Source: Candidatus Saccharibacteria bacterium UBA1050
GTDB taxonomy: Bacteria > Patescibacteriota > Saccharimonadia > Saccharimonadales > Saccharimonadaceae
Direction: 5' to 3'
Assembly (NCBI GenBank): GCA_002316545.1
Contig: DCDR01000002.1
Location: 18,248-82,247 of the forward strand
DNA length: 64,000 nucleotides
Part shown: positions 55,710-64,000 of the stretch, piece by piece
Numbering within the stretch: the first letter of the stretch is position 1
How the letters are laid out: every line of letters starts with the position of its first letter
The notes under the pieces: generated by a model
The model's input: only the letters and a program-made list of their open reading frames with translations
Databases searched by the model: none
What the model was told of the DNA's origin: nothing
Translations under genes and position numbers: made by a program

Positions 55710-55739
55710 CCCGCTCATAAGAACGGGTTATTTTATTTT
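55708..55739. terminator. Bidirectional intrinsic terminator between recF and tsf
   Basis: AACCCG (55708-55713), a 10-nt loop and CGGGTT (55724-55729), followed by ATTTTATTTT. Confidence 0.7.
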
Positions 55740-55748
55740 GATTAGCGT

Positions 55749-56345
55749 CTACTCGTTTACGCCGAGTTCAATTCGTTTAAATTGACCGACAACGATGTTT
55801 TCACCTAATTTCGCGATGTTTTCTTTCACATGTTGCTCAACTGTTTTTGAATCGTCGAGAATGTAGCTTTGGCTCATCAACACCTTCTCAGCAAAGTGTT
55901 TTTTCACCTGGCCATCAACGATCTTCTCGCGCATTTCAGCTGGTTTGCTGGCTAGCGTTTCGCTTGCAAGCATTTCTTCTTTCACGCGGCTCATTTCGTC
56001 AGCCGGAACATCTGCTTCGGTTGCGTAGAGTGGGCTCATTGCCGCTACTTGCATTGAAAGTTCGTGGGCAAGTTGCTTAAAGTCATCAAGACGCGCCACA
56101 AAGTCTGTCTCGCAGTTTAGCTCTAATACGACGCCAATACGTCCATCGTGTACGTAGCTGTCAATCACACCTTCGCGAGCTTCACGGTCACCTTTTTTCT
56201 CGGCTTTCGTAAGGCCTTTTTTGCGAAGTGCTTCAAGTGCGTTATCGAAGTTACCGTCAGCTTCTACCAACGCTTGCTTTGCGTCGGTCAAACCAATCCC
56301 AGTCAGTTCTTTTAGCTTTTTTATGTCTTCTACCGTAATTGCCAT
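55749..56345 (-). CDS. tsf: Elongation factor Ts (short form)
   Basis: IKKLKELTGIGLTDAKQALVEADGNFDNALEALRKKG is the UBA-like N-terminus; 198 aa. Confidence 0.9.
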   Translation of the reverse strand: MAITVEDIKKLKELTGIGLTDAKQALVEADGNFDNALEALRKKGLTKAEKKGDREAREGVIDSYVHDGRIGVVLELNCETDFVARLDDFKQLAHELSMQVAAMSPLYATEADVPADEMSRVKEEMLASETLASKPAEMREKIVDGQVKKHFAEKVLMSQSYILDDSKTVEQHVKENIAKLGENIVVGQFKRIELGVNE

Positions 56346-57040
56346 TATTTTTCCGCCTTTCCACCTTCTTTTACAGCTGCTACAAAATAATCTAGTAGCA
56401 ATTGAGTACCTTTAATCGCGTCGTCGTTGCCAGGAACAACGTAATCAACCATTGATGGGTCTGCGTTGGTGTCTACTACACCTACTACAGGCACACCAAG
56501 CGTGCGAGCTTCGCGAATCGCGTTCGCATCGGTAAGTGTGTCAACTACTACCACAGCGCCAGGAATACCGCTAAGATCTTTGATGCCACCATACTTGTGG
56601 TTCAATACGTCAATTTCTTCTTGAAAACGCTGTACCTCAAGTTTGTTGTATCGCTTTTCAAGGTCGCCAGAAGCCATGCGGCGTTCGAGGTCTTTTAGCT
56701 TCTTGATTTGGCTGGTTACAGTTGCCACGTTGGTAAGCATGCCGCCAATCCAGCGCTCAGTTACGAATGGCTGGCCAGCTGCTTCCGCGGCAGCTTTTAC
56801 GATGTCTTTGTGCTGCTTTTTTGTACCAACAAATAGTACTTTTTTACCGTTAGCAGCTACTTTCGAAATAAACGGTAGTGCAACCTCAAGGCCCTCTACA
56901 GTTTTTTCAAGGTTGATAATGTGCGCTTCTTGGCGCTTTGAGTGAATGTACGGCGCCATTTTTGGGTGCCAACGGCTCGTTTTGTGTCCAAAATGAACAC
57001 CAGCTTCGAGCAAAGCTTTTATATCAACAGCAACTGCCAT
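56345..57040 (-). CDS. rpsB: 30S ribosomal protein S2
   Basis: Trimmed to ATG 57040 (MAVAVDIKALLEAGVHFGHKTSRWHPKMAPYI). Confidence 0.9.
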   Translation of the reverse strand: MAVAVDIKALLEAGVHFGHKTSRWHPKMAPYIHSKRQEAHIINLEKTVEGLEVALPFISKVAANGKKVLFVGTKKQHKDIVKAAAEAAGQPFVTERWIGGMLTNVATVTSQIKKLKDLERRMASGDLEKRYNKLEVQRFQEEIDVLNHKYGGIKDLSGIPGAVVVVDTLTDANAIREARTLGVPVVGVVDTNADPSMVDYVVPGNDDAIKGTQLLLDYFVAAVKEGGKAEK

Positions 57041-57115
57041 GATATCCTTCTCCCTTCCCATTCGCCCTATTTAGGATACGTGCGAATGGTGCTTCGTTAA
57101 AATTGTTACCTAGTG

Positions 57116-57144
57116 AGTATAACAAAAAAATGTCTTCTTTACAA
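57116..57144 (-). promoter_or_regulatory. Promoter of rpsB-tsf (TTGTAA-17-TATACT)
   Basis: Minus strand: TTGTAA (57144-57139), a 17-nt spacer and TATACT (57121-57116), followed by a ~65-nt leader. Confidence 0.55.
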
Positions 57145-57221
57145 GGTTAAAGCTCTTGATTTCTAAACAAAAATAATTTATTGTATGTTTGTTCATCCAT
57201 CGGAATGAAGGAGCGTGTGCG

Positions 57222-57479
57222 ATGTCGTCAAAGGCATCAGATCGCCTGATCTTGCTGGGGATGGTGGTCGTGGGTGTGCTCGGTGTCTTCTGGCTCCGCT
57301 CACTGCTCGACACCTACTCGAACGAGAGCAGCGCTTGCAAGGGCTGCCAGGGCGCGGCCATCATCTTCTTCTCGCCCTACATCATCATCGGAGGAGCAAT
57401 GGTGCTCGCTGGCCTCGTCGGGCTGGTGGGTCTCATCACTTCACCGTTCTCGCGCGACGAGCGCGACACGACGGGCTGA
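57222..57479 (+). CDS. Small two-TM membrane protein (85 aa) with foreign, GC3-rich codon usage
   Basis: AAGGAG (57208-57213) lies 8 nt upstream of ATG 57222. Translation: MSSKASDRLILLGMVVVGVLGVFWLRSLLDTYSNESSACKGCQGAAIIFFSPYIIIGGAMVLAGLVGLVGLITSPFSRDERDTTG. Codons end almost always in G or C. Confidence 0.6.
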   Translation: MSSKASDRLILLGMVVVGVLGVFWLRSLLDTYSNESSACKGCQGAAIIFFSPYIIIGGAMVLAGLVGLVGLITSPFSRDERDTTG

Positions 57480-57501
57480 ACGAATACTAGCCCGCCAATG
57501 A

Positions 57502-57564
57502 GAGGCCCGCTGGGAAAGACCATGAGTGGTCTTCCCTCGCCCACGGTATCTCCCGGCGGGCCTC
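57502..57564 (+). terminator. Nested GC-rich hairpin (terminator-like, no U-tract)
   Basis: The outer stem is GAGGCCCGC (57502-57510) / GCGGGCCTC (57556-57564). The inner imperfect stem is GGGAAAGACCA / TGGTCTTCCC. Confidence 0.45.
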
Positions 57565-57572
57565 TTCATGCC

Positions 57573-58937
57573 CTAACGCGAACGATTCGCAACGAGTAGC
57601 AGAGCTATACCAGGATACGCTTTCTCGTATTCGACCAGTTGGTTTAGCTCGTACTTATTCAGCTTTGATGAAAATTCTCTGGTTGAATTGACGTCCGCCA
57701 AACCATTTGGAGTATCAGAAAGAATCCCCGAGCTTAATTCTGCCGAAAACTCCTCGGAGCTAGTTCGTGAGTACATTGATGGCACTTCGGGCAAGCCAAT
57801 AACGTGACGACCCACCTGCTCACCTATGGCTGTGGCTGTAACGTCTGTGGTTTGCCCACCTTCTGGAATTTGTTGAATGCCTATGCCATTTTCCTCAAAT
57901 GCATGGCCAAGCTCGTGAGCAATAATTGATTCATACGATACATTCCCATCCCCCGCCCATTGTTGCAGATACGTAGCCGCTTTAAACGCCGCACTGGAAT
58001 AAGGGATGATAGTAATGCTTTTATCACCACTACTATACTCGCCGGCTTTTGTCATGCCACTGTCAGAGGATTGTACGAACGGTTCAGCCATACGAACTCG
58101 TTTTACAGCAGCCTTTTGTATAAAATCTCTCGGTAAGTTGGTAAATACCTTAATATAGGCTTTTGCCATATCTTTTACTTCGTCTTCTTTTCCGTCAAAC
58201 GATGCATCAATCTCGGCTTCAATTCCATAGAACTGTGTTATCGAACCAAGTGCGTTAACGGCCTCCTGGTTCGAATGACTTTCATCTACTCGTTGATAGG
58301 CAGCGGCCAACCTATCTGCGTCCAAGAATTGATCCGCATGCTCTTGCTTCCACGCCTCGGCCGTTTGAATGATATTATCGTAGCCATCTTTATCTGCTTC
58401 TGTAAATAAGTCGATGACGGTTTGACGCGCCGCATTATGTTTAGCAGCTTTACTTTCTGCATCGTTAATCATTTTTGCTTGGGCACTTTGTGAGTAGTCA
58501 CTAAAGCCTATGCCATCGACGGTACCCTCTGTATCGATATAGTCGGTATACGTTTGAGAAGCTACGTCAGCTGCAACGACATCTCCAGCATCCTTAAACG
58601 GATCCATCGCCATATCTATAAAGCCACCCCCTTTTATAGTGCTTGCAAGCGCTACTGTCGCTAGCGCCATTTTGTATCGGCGTTTCCATTTATGTATTTT
58701 TTCTCCGCGAACCCACCGCTTTCTCGCCTCAATCCGTTCACGCTCTTCCGCCTCTCGCTGTGGTCGCATTGCTTCATTCTGGGCGCGTATCCGGGCAATA
58801 CCTTCTTCCATCGTCTCAAATTCTAAAGGTACCTCAACATCAGTGCGATGCTCTGGTCGCATGTTTAGCGCAGCTTCAATATCTCTCACGTCTTGTTCTT
58901 GAGAAGGATACTCAAACTTTGGGTAATTTTCTGTCAT
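57573..58937 (-). CDS. Membrane-anchored zinc metallopeptidase, anthrax-lethal-factor-like (M34/ATLF-like) domain
   Basis: 454 aa with a charged N-terminal region and one TM helix ([14 protein letters not shown]). The C-terminal region has [13 protein letters not shown] followed about 50 residues later by [18 protein letters not shown]. Compare HEFGHAV ... YGRTNEAEFFAEAF in lethal factor, quoted from memory. Confidence 0.55.
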   Translation of the reverse strand: MTENYPKFEYPSQEQDVRDIEAALNMRPEHRTDVEVPLEFETMEEGIARIRAQNEAMRPQREAEERERIEARKRWVRGEKIHKWKRRYKMALATVALASTIKGGGFIDMAMDPFKDAGDVVAADVASQTYTDYIDTEGTVDGIGFSDYSQSAQAKMINDAESKAAKHNAARQTVIDLFTEADKDGYDNIIQTAEAWKQEHADQFLDADRLAAAYQRVDESHSNQEAVNALGSITQFYGIEAEIDASFDGKEDEVKDMAKAYIKVFTNLPRDFIQKAAVKRVRMAEPFVQSSDSGMTKAGEYSSGDKSITIIPYSSAAFKAATYLQQWAGDGNVSYESIIAHELGHAFEENGIGIQQIPEGGQTTDVTATAIGEQVGRHVIGLPEVPSMYSRTSSEEFSAELSSGILSDTPNGLADVNSTREFSSKLNKYELNQLVEYEKAYPGIALLLVANRSR

Positions 58938-58981
58938 GTTTGTGTTGGATTACGTTTCCTATTCAGTCTACCACCACCCCT

Positions 58982-59010
58982 TTGACAAATCTAGCCAAAA
59001 CAGATACAAT
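58982..59010 (+). promoter_or_regulatory. Consensus promoter of rpmE (TTGACA-17-TACAAT)
   Basis: TTGACA at 58982-58987 and TACAAT at 59005-59010. ATG 59020 is 10 nt after the -10 box, with no Shine-Dalgarno sequence. Confidence 0.65.
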
Positions 59011-59019
59011 TGTTCAGAT

Positions 59020-59346
59020 ATGAAAAGCAGTATACATCCAACCAACTACCGCCCTGTCGTATTTAGCGACGATCAGGCGAAGTTTGCGTTCCTAACGCAA
59101 AGCACTGCGCAAACAGATGAGGAGATTAAATGGGAAGATGGCAACACCTACCCACTAATCAAGGTTCACATCTCGAGCGCGTCTCACCCGTTCTTTACTG
59201 GTGAAGAAAAAATCATCGACACCGAAGGTCGTGTTGATCGCTTCGCAGCTCGTCAAAAAGCCGCCGAAGAACGCCGTAAGGCTTTGGCAAACAAGGCCAA
59301 GAAAAAATCAGCTCAAGCAGCTAAAAAAGCTACCGCTGATAAATAG
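59020..59346 (+). CDS. rpmE: 50S ribosomal protein L31, type B (no CxxC), with a Lys/Ala-rich C-terminal extension
   Basis: Trimmed to ATG 59020: [17 protein letters not shown]....[39 protein letters not shown], then [33 protein letters not shown]. Confidence 0.85.
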   Translation: MKSSIHPTNYRPVVFSDDQAKFAFLTQSTAQTDEEIKWEDGNTYPLIKVHISSASHPFFTGEEKIIDTEGRVDRFAARQKAAEERRKALANKAKKKSAQAAKKATADK

Positions 59347-59355
59347 CTACAAATT

Positions 59356-59387
59356 AAAAAGAGACTGCGGTATTGTAGTCTCTTTTT
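59356..59387 (+). terminator. Intrinsic terminator after rpmE
   Basis: AAAAAGAGACT (59356-59366), a 10-nt loop and AGTCTCTTTTT (59377-59387). Confidence 0.75.
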
Positions 59388-59408
59388 ATATGTAATAATG
59401 AGAACATC

Positions 59409-59858
59409 ATGACAGCCCCAAATGTACCAGCAAAATACAATTCATCAGTCGTTCAGCAAACGGCAGGCTTGGCCTTGCTCCTCCTGTGCATTGCGACAGT
59501 ATATGTCAACATACAGGGCTCAGTTTACATTGATAATGGCCTTTTACTACCTTCCCTTGAGGTATTGGGTGGACTATTGCTCCTGGTGCTCAGCGCGATG
59601 TCTGCACATAAGGCTCAAGCAATCCCTGCCTTCAACAAAAATCTCATGAAACTAAATGTGGTCATCGCTGTTATTTTGCTTGGTGGTACTGGCTTTCTGT
59701 TTTTCTTTGGACTGGTGTTTGCACTTGCGATGGGTGGAGGCGCCACATCGTCTTCAGAGATCTCCATTGCGGGACTACCATTCGTTGCAATATTATTAGG
59801 CATACTAGCTGTTGTGGTGATCGCTCAGGGTAATCACTGGAGGAAGTTACAAAAGTAA
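59409..59858 (+). CDS. Four-TM small membrane protein
   Basis: 149 aa with four hydrophobic helices. Its stop overlaps the prfA ATG (TAATG). Confidence 0.6.
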   Translation: MTAPNVPAKYNSSVVQQTAGLALLLLCIATVYVNIQGSVYIDNGLLLPSLEVLGGLLLLVLSAMSAHKAQAIPAFNKNLMKLNVVIAVILLGGTGFLFFFGLVFALAMGGGATSSSEISIAGLPFVAILLGILAVVVIAQGNHWRKLQK

Positions 59859-60928
59859 TGGCAACGATAAACTTGAACATCGATGATTTAAAAGCCGAGC
59901 AGTCTGATCTAACGGCATTTTTGTCACGTCCCGATGCATTTTCAGACCCTGATTTTGCCAAAAAGAACCGACGTTTGACCGAACTGGAGGAGCTGATTAC
60001 CTCAGGTGAGCGACAAGTTGCACTTGAAAAACAGATAGCCGAAGCCAAAGAGCTTTCTGGTGGTGGTGACGAACTAGCTGACTTAGCAAAGGAAGAGCTG
60101 CCACAGCTTGAGGCAGAGCTTGATGCATTGAACGAAAAACTCTTCGTGCTACTCACGCCCAAAGACCCCAACGATGAAAAAAACGTGATTATAGAAATAC
60201 GCGCAGGAGCTGGTGGTGACGAAGCTTCGCTATTTGCTGCCGAGCTCTACCGTATGTACCTTCGGTGGTGTGAAGCACACAGCTTCAAAACCGAGCTTAT
60301 GAGTGAAAGCGCCAACGATACCGGTGGTTATAAAGAAGTCATTTTTGAAGTACATGGCGATATGCCCTATTCGTTCCTCAAATTCGAAAGCGGTGTGCAC
60401 CGAGTACAACGTGTGCCCGCTACCGAGAGCCAGGGTCGTATTCACACCAGTACGGTGACTGTGGCGGTGCTTCCCGAAGCTGAAGAGGCAGATATTGAAA
60501 TAAACCAAAATGACCTCAAGGTAGATGTATACCGCGCTGGTGGTCACGGCGGTCAGAGTGTTAATACCACCGACAGCGCTGTTCGTATTACTCACTTGCC
60601 TACCGGCCTGGTCGTTACCAATCAAGATGAAAAATCGCAGATAAAGAATAAAGACAAGGCAATGAGCGTGCTTCGCTCTCGCTTGCTACAAATGAAGGTA
60701 GACGAAGAAAATGCCAAACTGACGGCCGAGCGTCGTGCGCTTATCGGCTCTGGCGATCGCTCTGAAAAGATTCGTACCTATAATTTCCCTCAAGATCGTA
60801 TTACCGATCACCGCATTGGCTATTCACGCTCAGGCATACCCCAAGCCATGAACGGCGATATCGATGATCTTATTGAGAAGCTTCAAGCTTACGAGCGTGA
60901 GCTAAAAGCCCAAAACGCTGAGAACTAA
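59858..60928 (+). CDS. prfA: Peptide chain release factor 1
   Basis: PxT tripeptide ([14 protein letters not shown]) and GGQ motif ([21 protein letters not shown]). Confidence 0.95.
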   Translation: MATINLNIDDLKAEQSDLTAFLSRPDAFSDPDFAKKNRRLTELEELITSGERQVALEKQIAEAKELSGGGDELADLAKEELPQLEAELDALNEKLFVLLTPKDPNDEKNVIIEIRAGAGGDEASLFAAELYRMYLRWCEAHSFKTELMSESANDTGGYKEVIFEVHGDMPYSFLKFESGVHRVQRVPATESQGRIHTSTVTVAVLPEAEEADIEINQNDLKVDVYRAGGHGGQSVNTTDSAVRITHLPTGLVVTNQDEKSQIKNKDKAMSVLRSRLLQMKVDEENAKLTAERRALIGSGDRSEKIRTYNFPQDRITDHRIGYSRSGIPQAMNGDIDDLIEKLQAYERELKAQNAEN

Positions 60929-60932
60929 AAGG

Positions 60933-61391
60933 CTACAAGCCTCGATACCACGTTTCAGGGACGATTTCGCTAAATGCTTCTGCAAGTGATGTATCGCGTA
61001 CAGGTCGTGGATATCGAGTATTTACCGTTTCTAAAAATGCTTCTATTTCACCCAATGGGTAGAACGAGCTAAAGTTGCCCGTGTTTGAGAAGTAATCTAT
61101 TCGAACTTCAGGAATCGGAAGTACGTCTGCCGGGCTAATTCGAACATCTCCCTCACCCACTTCGTCGTAAAGTCCTGCCTCTAGCAAGTCAATGGCGAAT
61201 ACCCAGGTCGTCTCTCCACCTTGAACCATATGTGTTAAATGTAGCGCACAGGGGTCATCGGGCGAATAGCGAAATGATACGTCGTGAAAAGCGCGATATC
61301 CTTCAGAGGTATAACTTGCAGCATGAAACAACCGTTCGACATTCGGCACGGGCGTCGGCAAATCCCCACCTCGGTGTGGTATTTCACTCAT
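60933..61391 (-). CDS. SsgA/SsgB-like (SALP) family protein
   Basis: 152 aa. The stretch FRYSPDDPCALHLTHMVQGGETTWVFAIDLLEAGLYDEVGEGDVRISP...EIEAFLETVNTRYP parallels the SsgB core as I remember it (LRYDTADPYAVHATFH..EETVEWVFARDLLAEGL...GTGDVRVWP...LESFLKRTDAAVP). Confidence 0.6.
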   Translation of the reverse strand: MSEIPHRGGDLPTPVPNVERLFHAASYTSEGYRAFHDVSFRYSPDDPCALHLTHMVQGGETTWVFAIDLLEAGLYDEVGEGDVRISPADVLPIPEVRIDYFSNTGNFSSFYPLGEIEAFLETVNTRYPRPVRDTSLAEAFSEIVPETWYRGL

Positions 61392-61445
61392 GTATGAGCA
61401 CTATACACGTTCTTGCTATTTCTTTCAATGTAGTATGCTATATGT

Positions 61446-62273
61446 ATGACTATCCTCGAGTGGCTAAAAGCTGCAACCAACGAACTTGCCGATGCGATGT
61501 TTACTTCTCCACGCCTCGATGCCGAAATAATACTTGCCCACACTATTAAACATCCCCGCACGTACCTACACGCACATGGCGATGAATCCATCGACGAACG
61601 ACATGAAGAAATTGCCAACGCTCGCTTAGAACTGCGAAAAGATCACGTGCCAATAGCCTACATTATTGGTCATAAAGAGTTTTATGGCAGGCGATTTTTT
61701 GTTTCACCAGCCGTATTGATTCCCCGACCCGAAACCGAGCAAATTATAGAAATGCTCAAAGCACTTATGCCGTCCACCGAGCCACTCGGCGATATCGCAT
61801 CGAAGCGACTTGTCGATGTTGGAACTGGTAGTGGTTGTGTAGGTATTACCGCCAAACTTGAATTCCCGGAACTTTCAGTAAGTTTACTCGACTCGAGCCG
61901 TCACGCTCTCACGATAGCCGAAAAAAATGTACGCAACTTTGCCGTTGAAGCAGAAACAATCGTTTCGGACTTACTCGCCTCATACCCATACTCACCAGAT
62001 ATGGTGCTCGCTAATTTGCCGTATGTCGACGAATCGTGGGAACGTTCTCCTGAGCTAGCGCACGAGCCAGCTGAAGCTCTTTTCGCGTCCAATAACGGCC
62101 TTGCGTTGATATATCGATGTATCGAACAATGTCAGACGCGGTTAACACCAGGAGGTCTACTACTCATTGAGGCGGATACACGACAACTCGACGCTATTGC
62201 TACCTATGCAAACCAGCACGACTTTAAAGAAGTTGCTCGCGACAGTTTTACGATTGGATTAAGCAAGCGCTAG
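61446..62273 (+). CDS. prmC: Release-factor glutamine N5-methyltransferase PrmC
   Basis: VDVGTGSGCVGI (motif I) and LANLPYV (an NPPY-type motif). Confidence 0.85.
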   Translation: MTILEWLKAATNELADAMFTSPRLDAEIILAHTIKHPRTYLHAHGDESIDERHEEIANARLELRKDHVPIAYIIGHKEFYGRRFFVSPAVLIPRPETEQIIEMLKALMPSTEPLGDIASKRLVDVGTGSGCVGITAKLEFPELSVSLLDSSRHALTIAEKNVRNFAVEAETIVSDLLASYPYSPDMVLANLPYVDESWERSPELAHEPAEALFASNNGLALIYRCIEQCQTRLTPGGLLLIEADTRQLDAIATYANQHDFKEVARDSFTIGLSKR

Positions 62274-63442
62274 TTGTCGGTGTAAACACCAAGTGTTACA
62301 TCAAACGTTTGTTGCTTACCCTTGCGTAGTACTGTCACCTTCACGGTATCACCAGGTCGATGCTCTGACACTAATGTCGATACGCTAGCTACCTCACCCA
62401 CTTTATAGCCATTGAATGCCACAATGATATCGCCATCTTTTATGCCCGCTTTGTCGGCTGGACCATTTTTCAATACACTACTGCCCTTATCGGCGGTAAT
62501 ATAATCACCCTTGCTCACTGGCAGCTTATATTCTGCTTTAACTTCAGGCGTAATCGAAACGTATTGTACGCCTAAGATTGCGCGCTTCAGTCCTTTACCT
62601 GCAATCAGATTCTCCAACATGCCCTTTGTCGCGCTAATCGGAATCGCGAAACCAATACTTTGAGCATCTTGAGCAATAGCGGTATTAATGCCAATCACTT
62701 GTCCCTCTAAGTTAAGCAACGGGCCGCCCGAATTTCCAGAGTTAATTGCTGCGTCGGTTTGTAGCAAGTCGGTCAAACTTTCAGCAGATGTTCCATCTCC
62801 GCTCGTACTAGCGGTTACTGGCCTACCTGTACCGGATATAATGCCACTTGTCACAGTGTTTTTAAATTGTCCTAACGCGTTACCAATTGCTACCACGCTC
62901 TGACCTATTCGCACCGTCTTGGAATCACCAAGCGTGACAGCTGGCAGATTCGAGACGCCGTGAATTTTCAAAAACGCTACGTCGTTTAGCGGGTCACTCC
63001 CCAGCACATCGACGTCTTCGTAAATCTTGCCACTGCTGAGTACCACCGTTACACTATCGGCTCCTTCAACAACGTGTTTATTGGTTAAAATATAGCCATT
63101 TTTACTGACAATCATACCGGTGCCTGCGCCTTGTTGTTCAACCGTCTGATTAAAGAACGGTGACAGCTGCTCGCTAGAAGTCACGATCGAAACAACACTC
63201 GGCGAAACCTTTTTAGCAACGCTTGATATCGACTCTTCACTCTCGGTCACTATTTTGTTGCCGTCTTCTTTGGCAGTCAGCAGTTGGTCACCCACACTAA
63301 AGGTGTCTAGGTAGCCTTCGGCCCAGCTGCCTAGGAAGCCTGCCATAAACGCCACGACTATCAACGACACAGTGCGCATTGTCGTGCGACGTTGTTTCGG
63401 AGTTACAGATACTATTTCGGTTTTGTTGTCTTGTTGTTCCAT
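62270..63442 (-). CDS. HtrA/DegP-family serine protease with a PDZ domain
   Basis: Catalytic triad contexts TNKHVV, NDVAFLK and GNSGGPLL, an N-terminal TM anchor and a C-terminal PDZ domain. Confidence 0.85.
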   Translation of the reverse strand: MEQQDNKTEIVSVTPKQRRTTMRTVSLIVVAFMAGFLGSWAEGYLDTFSVGDQLLTAKEDGNKIVTESEESISSVAKKVSPSVVSIVTSSEQLSPFFNQTVEQQGAGTGMIVSKNGYILTNKHVVEGADSVTVVLSSGKIYEDVDVLGSDPLNDVAFLKIHGVSNLPAVTLGDSKTVRIGQSVVAIGNALGQFKNTVTSGIISGTGRPVTASTSGDGTSAESLTDLLQTDAAINSGNSGGPLLNLEGQVIGINTAIAQDAQSIGFAIPISATKGMLENLIAGKGLKRAILGVQYVSITPEVKAEYKLPVSKGDYITADKGSSVLKNGPADKAGIKDGDIIVAFNGYKVGEVASVSTLVSEHRPGDTVKVTVLRKGKQQTFDVTLGVYTDN

Positions 63443-63479
63443 ATCCCTCCCTTTGTACTATAGATTTCTGAGTATTAGC

Positions 63480-64000
63480 TTAAATTGTTTGTGCGCCACC
63501 AAATATAAATACGACGACTGCAATGATACTCACTCCTAATAAAACAGGTAGTAGTATCTCGTTCATTTGAATTTTGCCGTCATTTTTATAGCCGCTGTAG
63601 GCACGTTCAGCGATTAAACTTAGGGCCACAATTACAATTGTTGATTGTGATAGCATCAGCGAACCTGGTAAGTCATAGCCAATGCTCCAGTGGTACATAA
63701 GCCACGACAGCTCCGCTACCACAAATCCCCAAGCCAGGCTCAAAAAGTTTATATGCGTCTCGTGCTCGGTACTTAAAAAATGTCGTGTCGCACTGTAGCC
63801 TACAACCCACGCCATTAGCACAACCACCGAGGAAGGCCAACCAAAACTCACTTGTGAGATTGCGGCCAAGCCCATTGTGAGGCCAATAGCTGCTTGCAAT
63901 GTAATATAACGCTGGCTTGAGCGCGGCTTGATAAATAGTAACCACACGATATATAGGATTGTCAGGATTATTTGAGTAGCGAGTGACCCTGTCGCAGCAT
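63480..64000 (-). CDS. Polytopic membrane protein, 5' end beyond the window
   Basis: The track ORF starts at GTG 63947, but the frame stays open to position 64000 (..AATGSLATQIILTILYIVWLLFIKPR..), so the N-terminus probably lies outside the window. It has multiple hydrophobic helices. Confidence 0.55.
   Translation of the reverse strand, partial: AATGSLATQIILTILYIVWLLFIKPRSSQRYITLQAAIGLTMGLAAISQVSFGWPSSVVVLMAWVVGYSATRHFLSTEHETHINFLSLAWGFVVAELSWLMYHWSIGYDLPGSLMLSQSTIVIVALSLIAERAYSGYKNDGKIQMNEILLPVLLGVSIIAVVVFIFGGAQTI

Larger units (their letters stand above)
57200..57572. other. High-GC compositional insert
   Basis: Hand counts give 62% G+C for 57241-57300 and 67% for 57301-57360, versus 22% for 57121-57180. 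All three plus-strand frames are open. Confidence 0.75.

Noticed and set aside
57189-57501. Three overlapping plus-strand ORFs (57189, 57215, 57274) that could be taken for overlapping genes.
   Set aside because: Open frames in all three phases are expected in 62-67% GC DNA. Only the frame starting at ATG 57222 has a Shine-Dalgarno sequence and a membrane-protein-like translation. The others are Arg/Ala/Ser-rich artefacts.
1-64000. A by-eye search for tRNA T-arm motifs (GGTTCGAATCC-like), rRNA, CRISPR repeats, IS inverted repeats, and integrase or transposase genes.
   Set aside because: Only chance GTTCGA/GTTCAA matches inside coding regions were seen (e.g. near 5590, 10545, 39690), without cloverleaf context. 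No spaced direct repeats and no recombinase motifs were found. A manual scan cannot exclude small ncRNAs, so tRNAscan-SE and Infernal should be run.

Overview
This is a gene-dense 64-kb chromosomal segment with about 72 protein genes, 62 of them on the minus strand. Many junctions are 1-20 nt or 4-nt overlaps, and G+C looks like roughly 45-50% by eye. Most of the content is housekeeping. Translation genes are glyQS, serS, lysS, proS, prfA, prfB, prmC, frr, tsf, rpsB, rpmA, rpmE, hpf and greA. Envelope and division genes are murD plus a MurL-like PP-loop gene, ftsE-ftsX followed by a coiled-coil CHAP hydrolase and an S41 protease, uppS, a polyprenyl synthase, rseP, secA and an HtrA-like protease. 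DNA repair genes are recO, recF, xseA/xseB and a Pif1-like helicase. There are also two ABC exporters, an MMPL transporter and many small membrane proteins. I recognised no rRNA, tRNA, CRISPR array, transposase or integrase by eye. The compactness, the minimalist enzymes and the actinobacterial-flavoured genes (MMPL, SsgA-like, DUF2207) suggest a reduced-genome Patescibacteria/Saccharibacteria-like organism, but this is inference only. The most noteworthy observations are: (i) an AT-rich single-gene island encoding a membrane-anchored KAP P-loop NTPase, wedged between glyQS and an FKBP gene. (ii) A ~370-bp high-GC, high-GC3 insert encoding an 85-aa two-TM protein plus a nested GC-rich hairpin, next to a membrane-anchored anthrax-lethal-factor-like (M34) metalloprotease. 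(iii) A DUF4868/KwaB-like protein paired with a Pif1-family helicase, with no KwaA partner. (iv) An SsgA/SsgB-like protein separating prfA from prmC. (v) A murD-murL pairing. (vi) A consensus promoter followed by an intrinsic terminator in the greA leader. (vii) -10 boxes 7-10 nt upstream of many start codons, suggesting leaderless mRNAs. All domain calls come from motif recognition by eye, not from database searches. Start codons were re-examined because the ORF track extends to the most upstream ATG/GTG/TTG.
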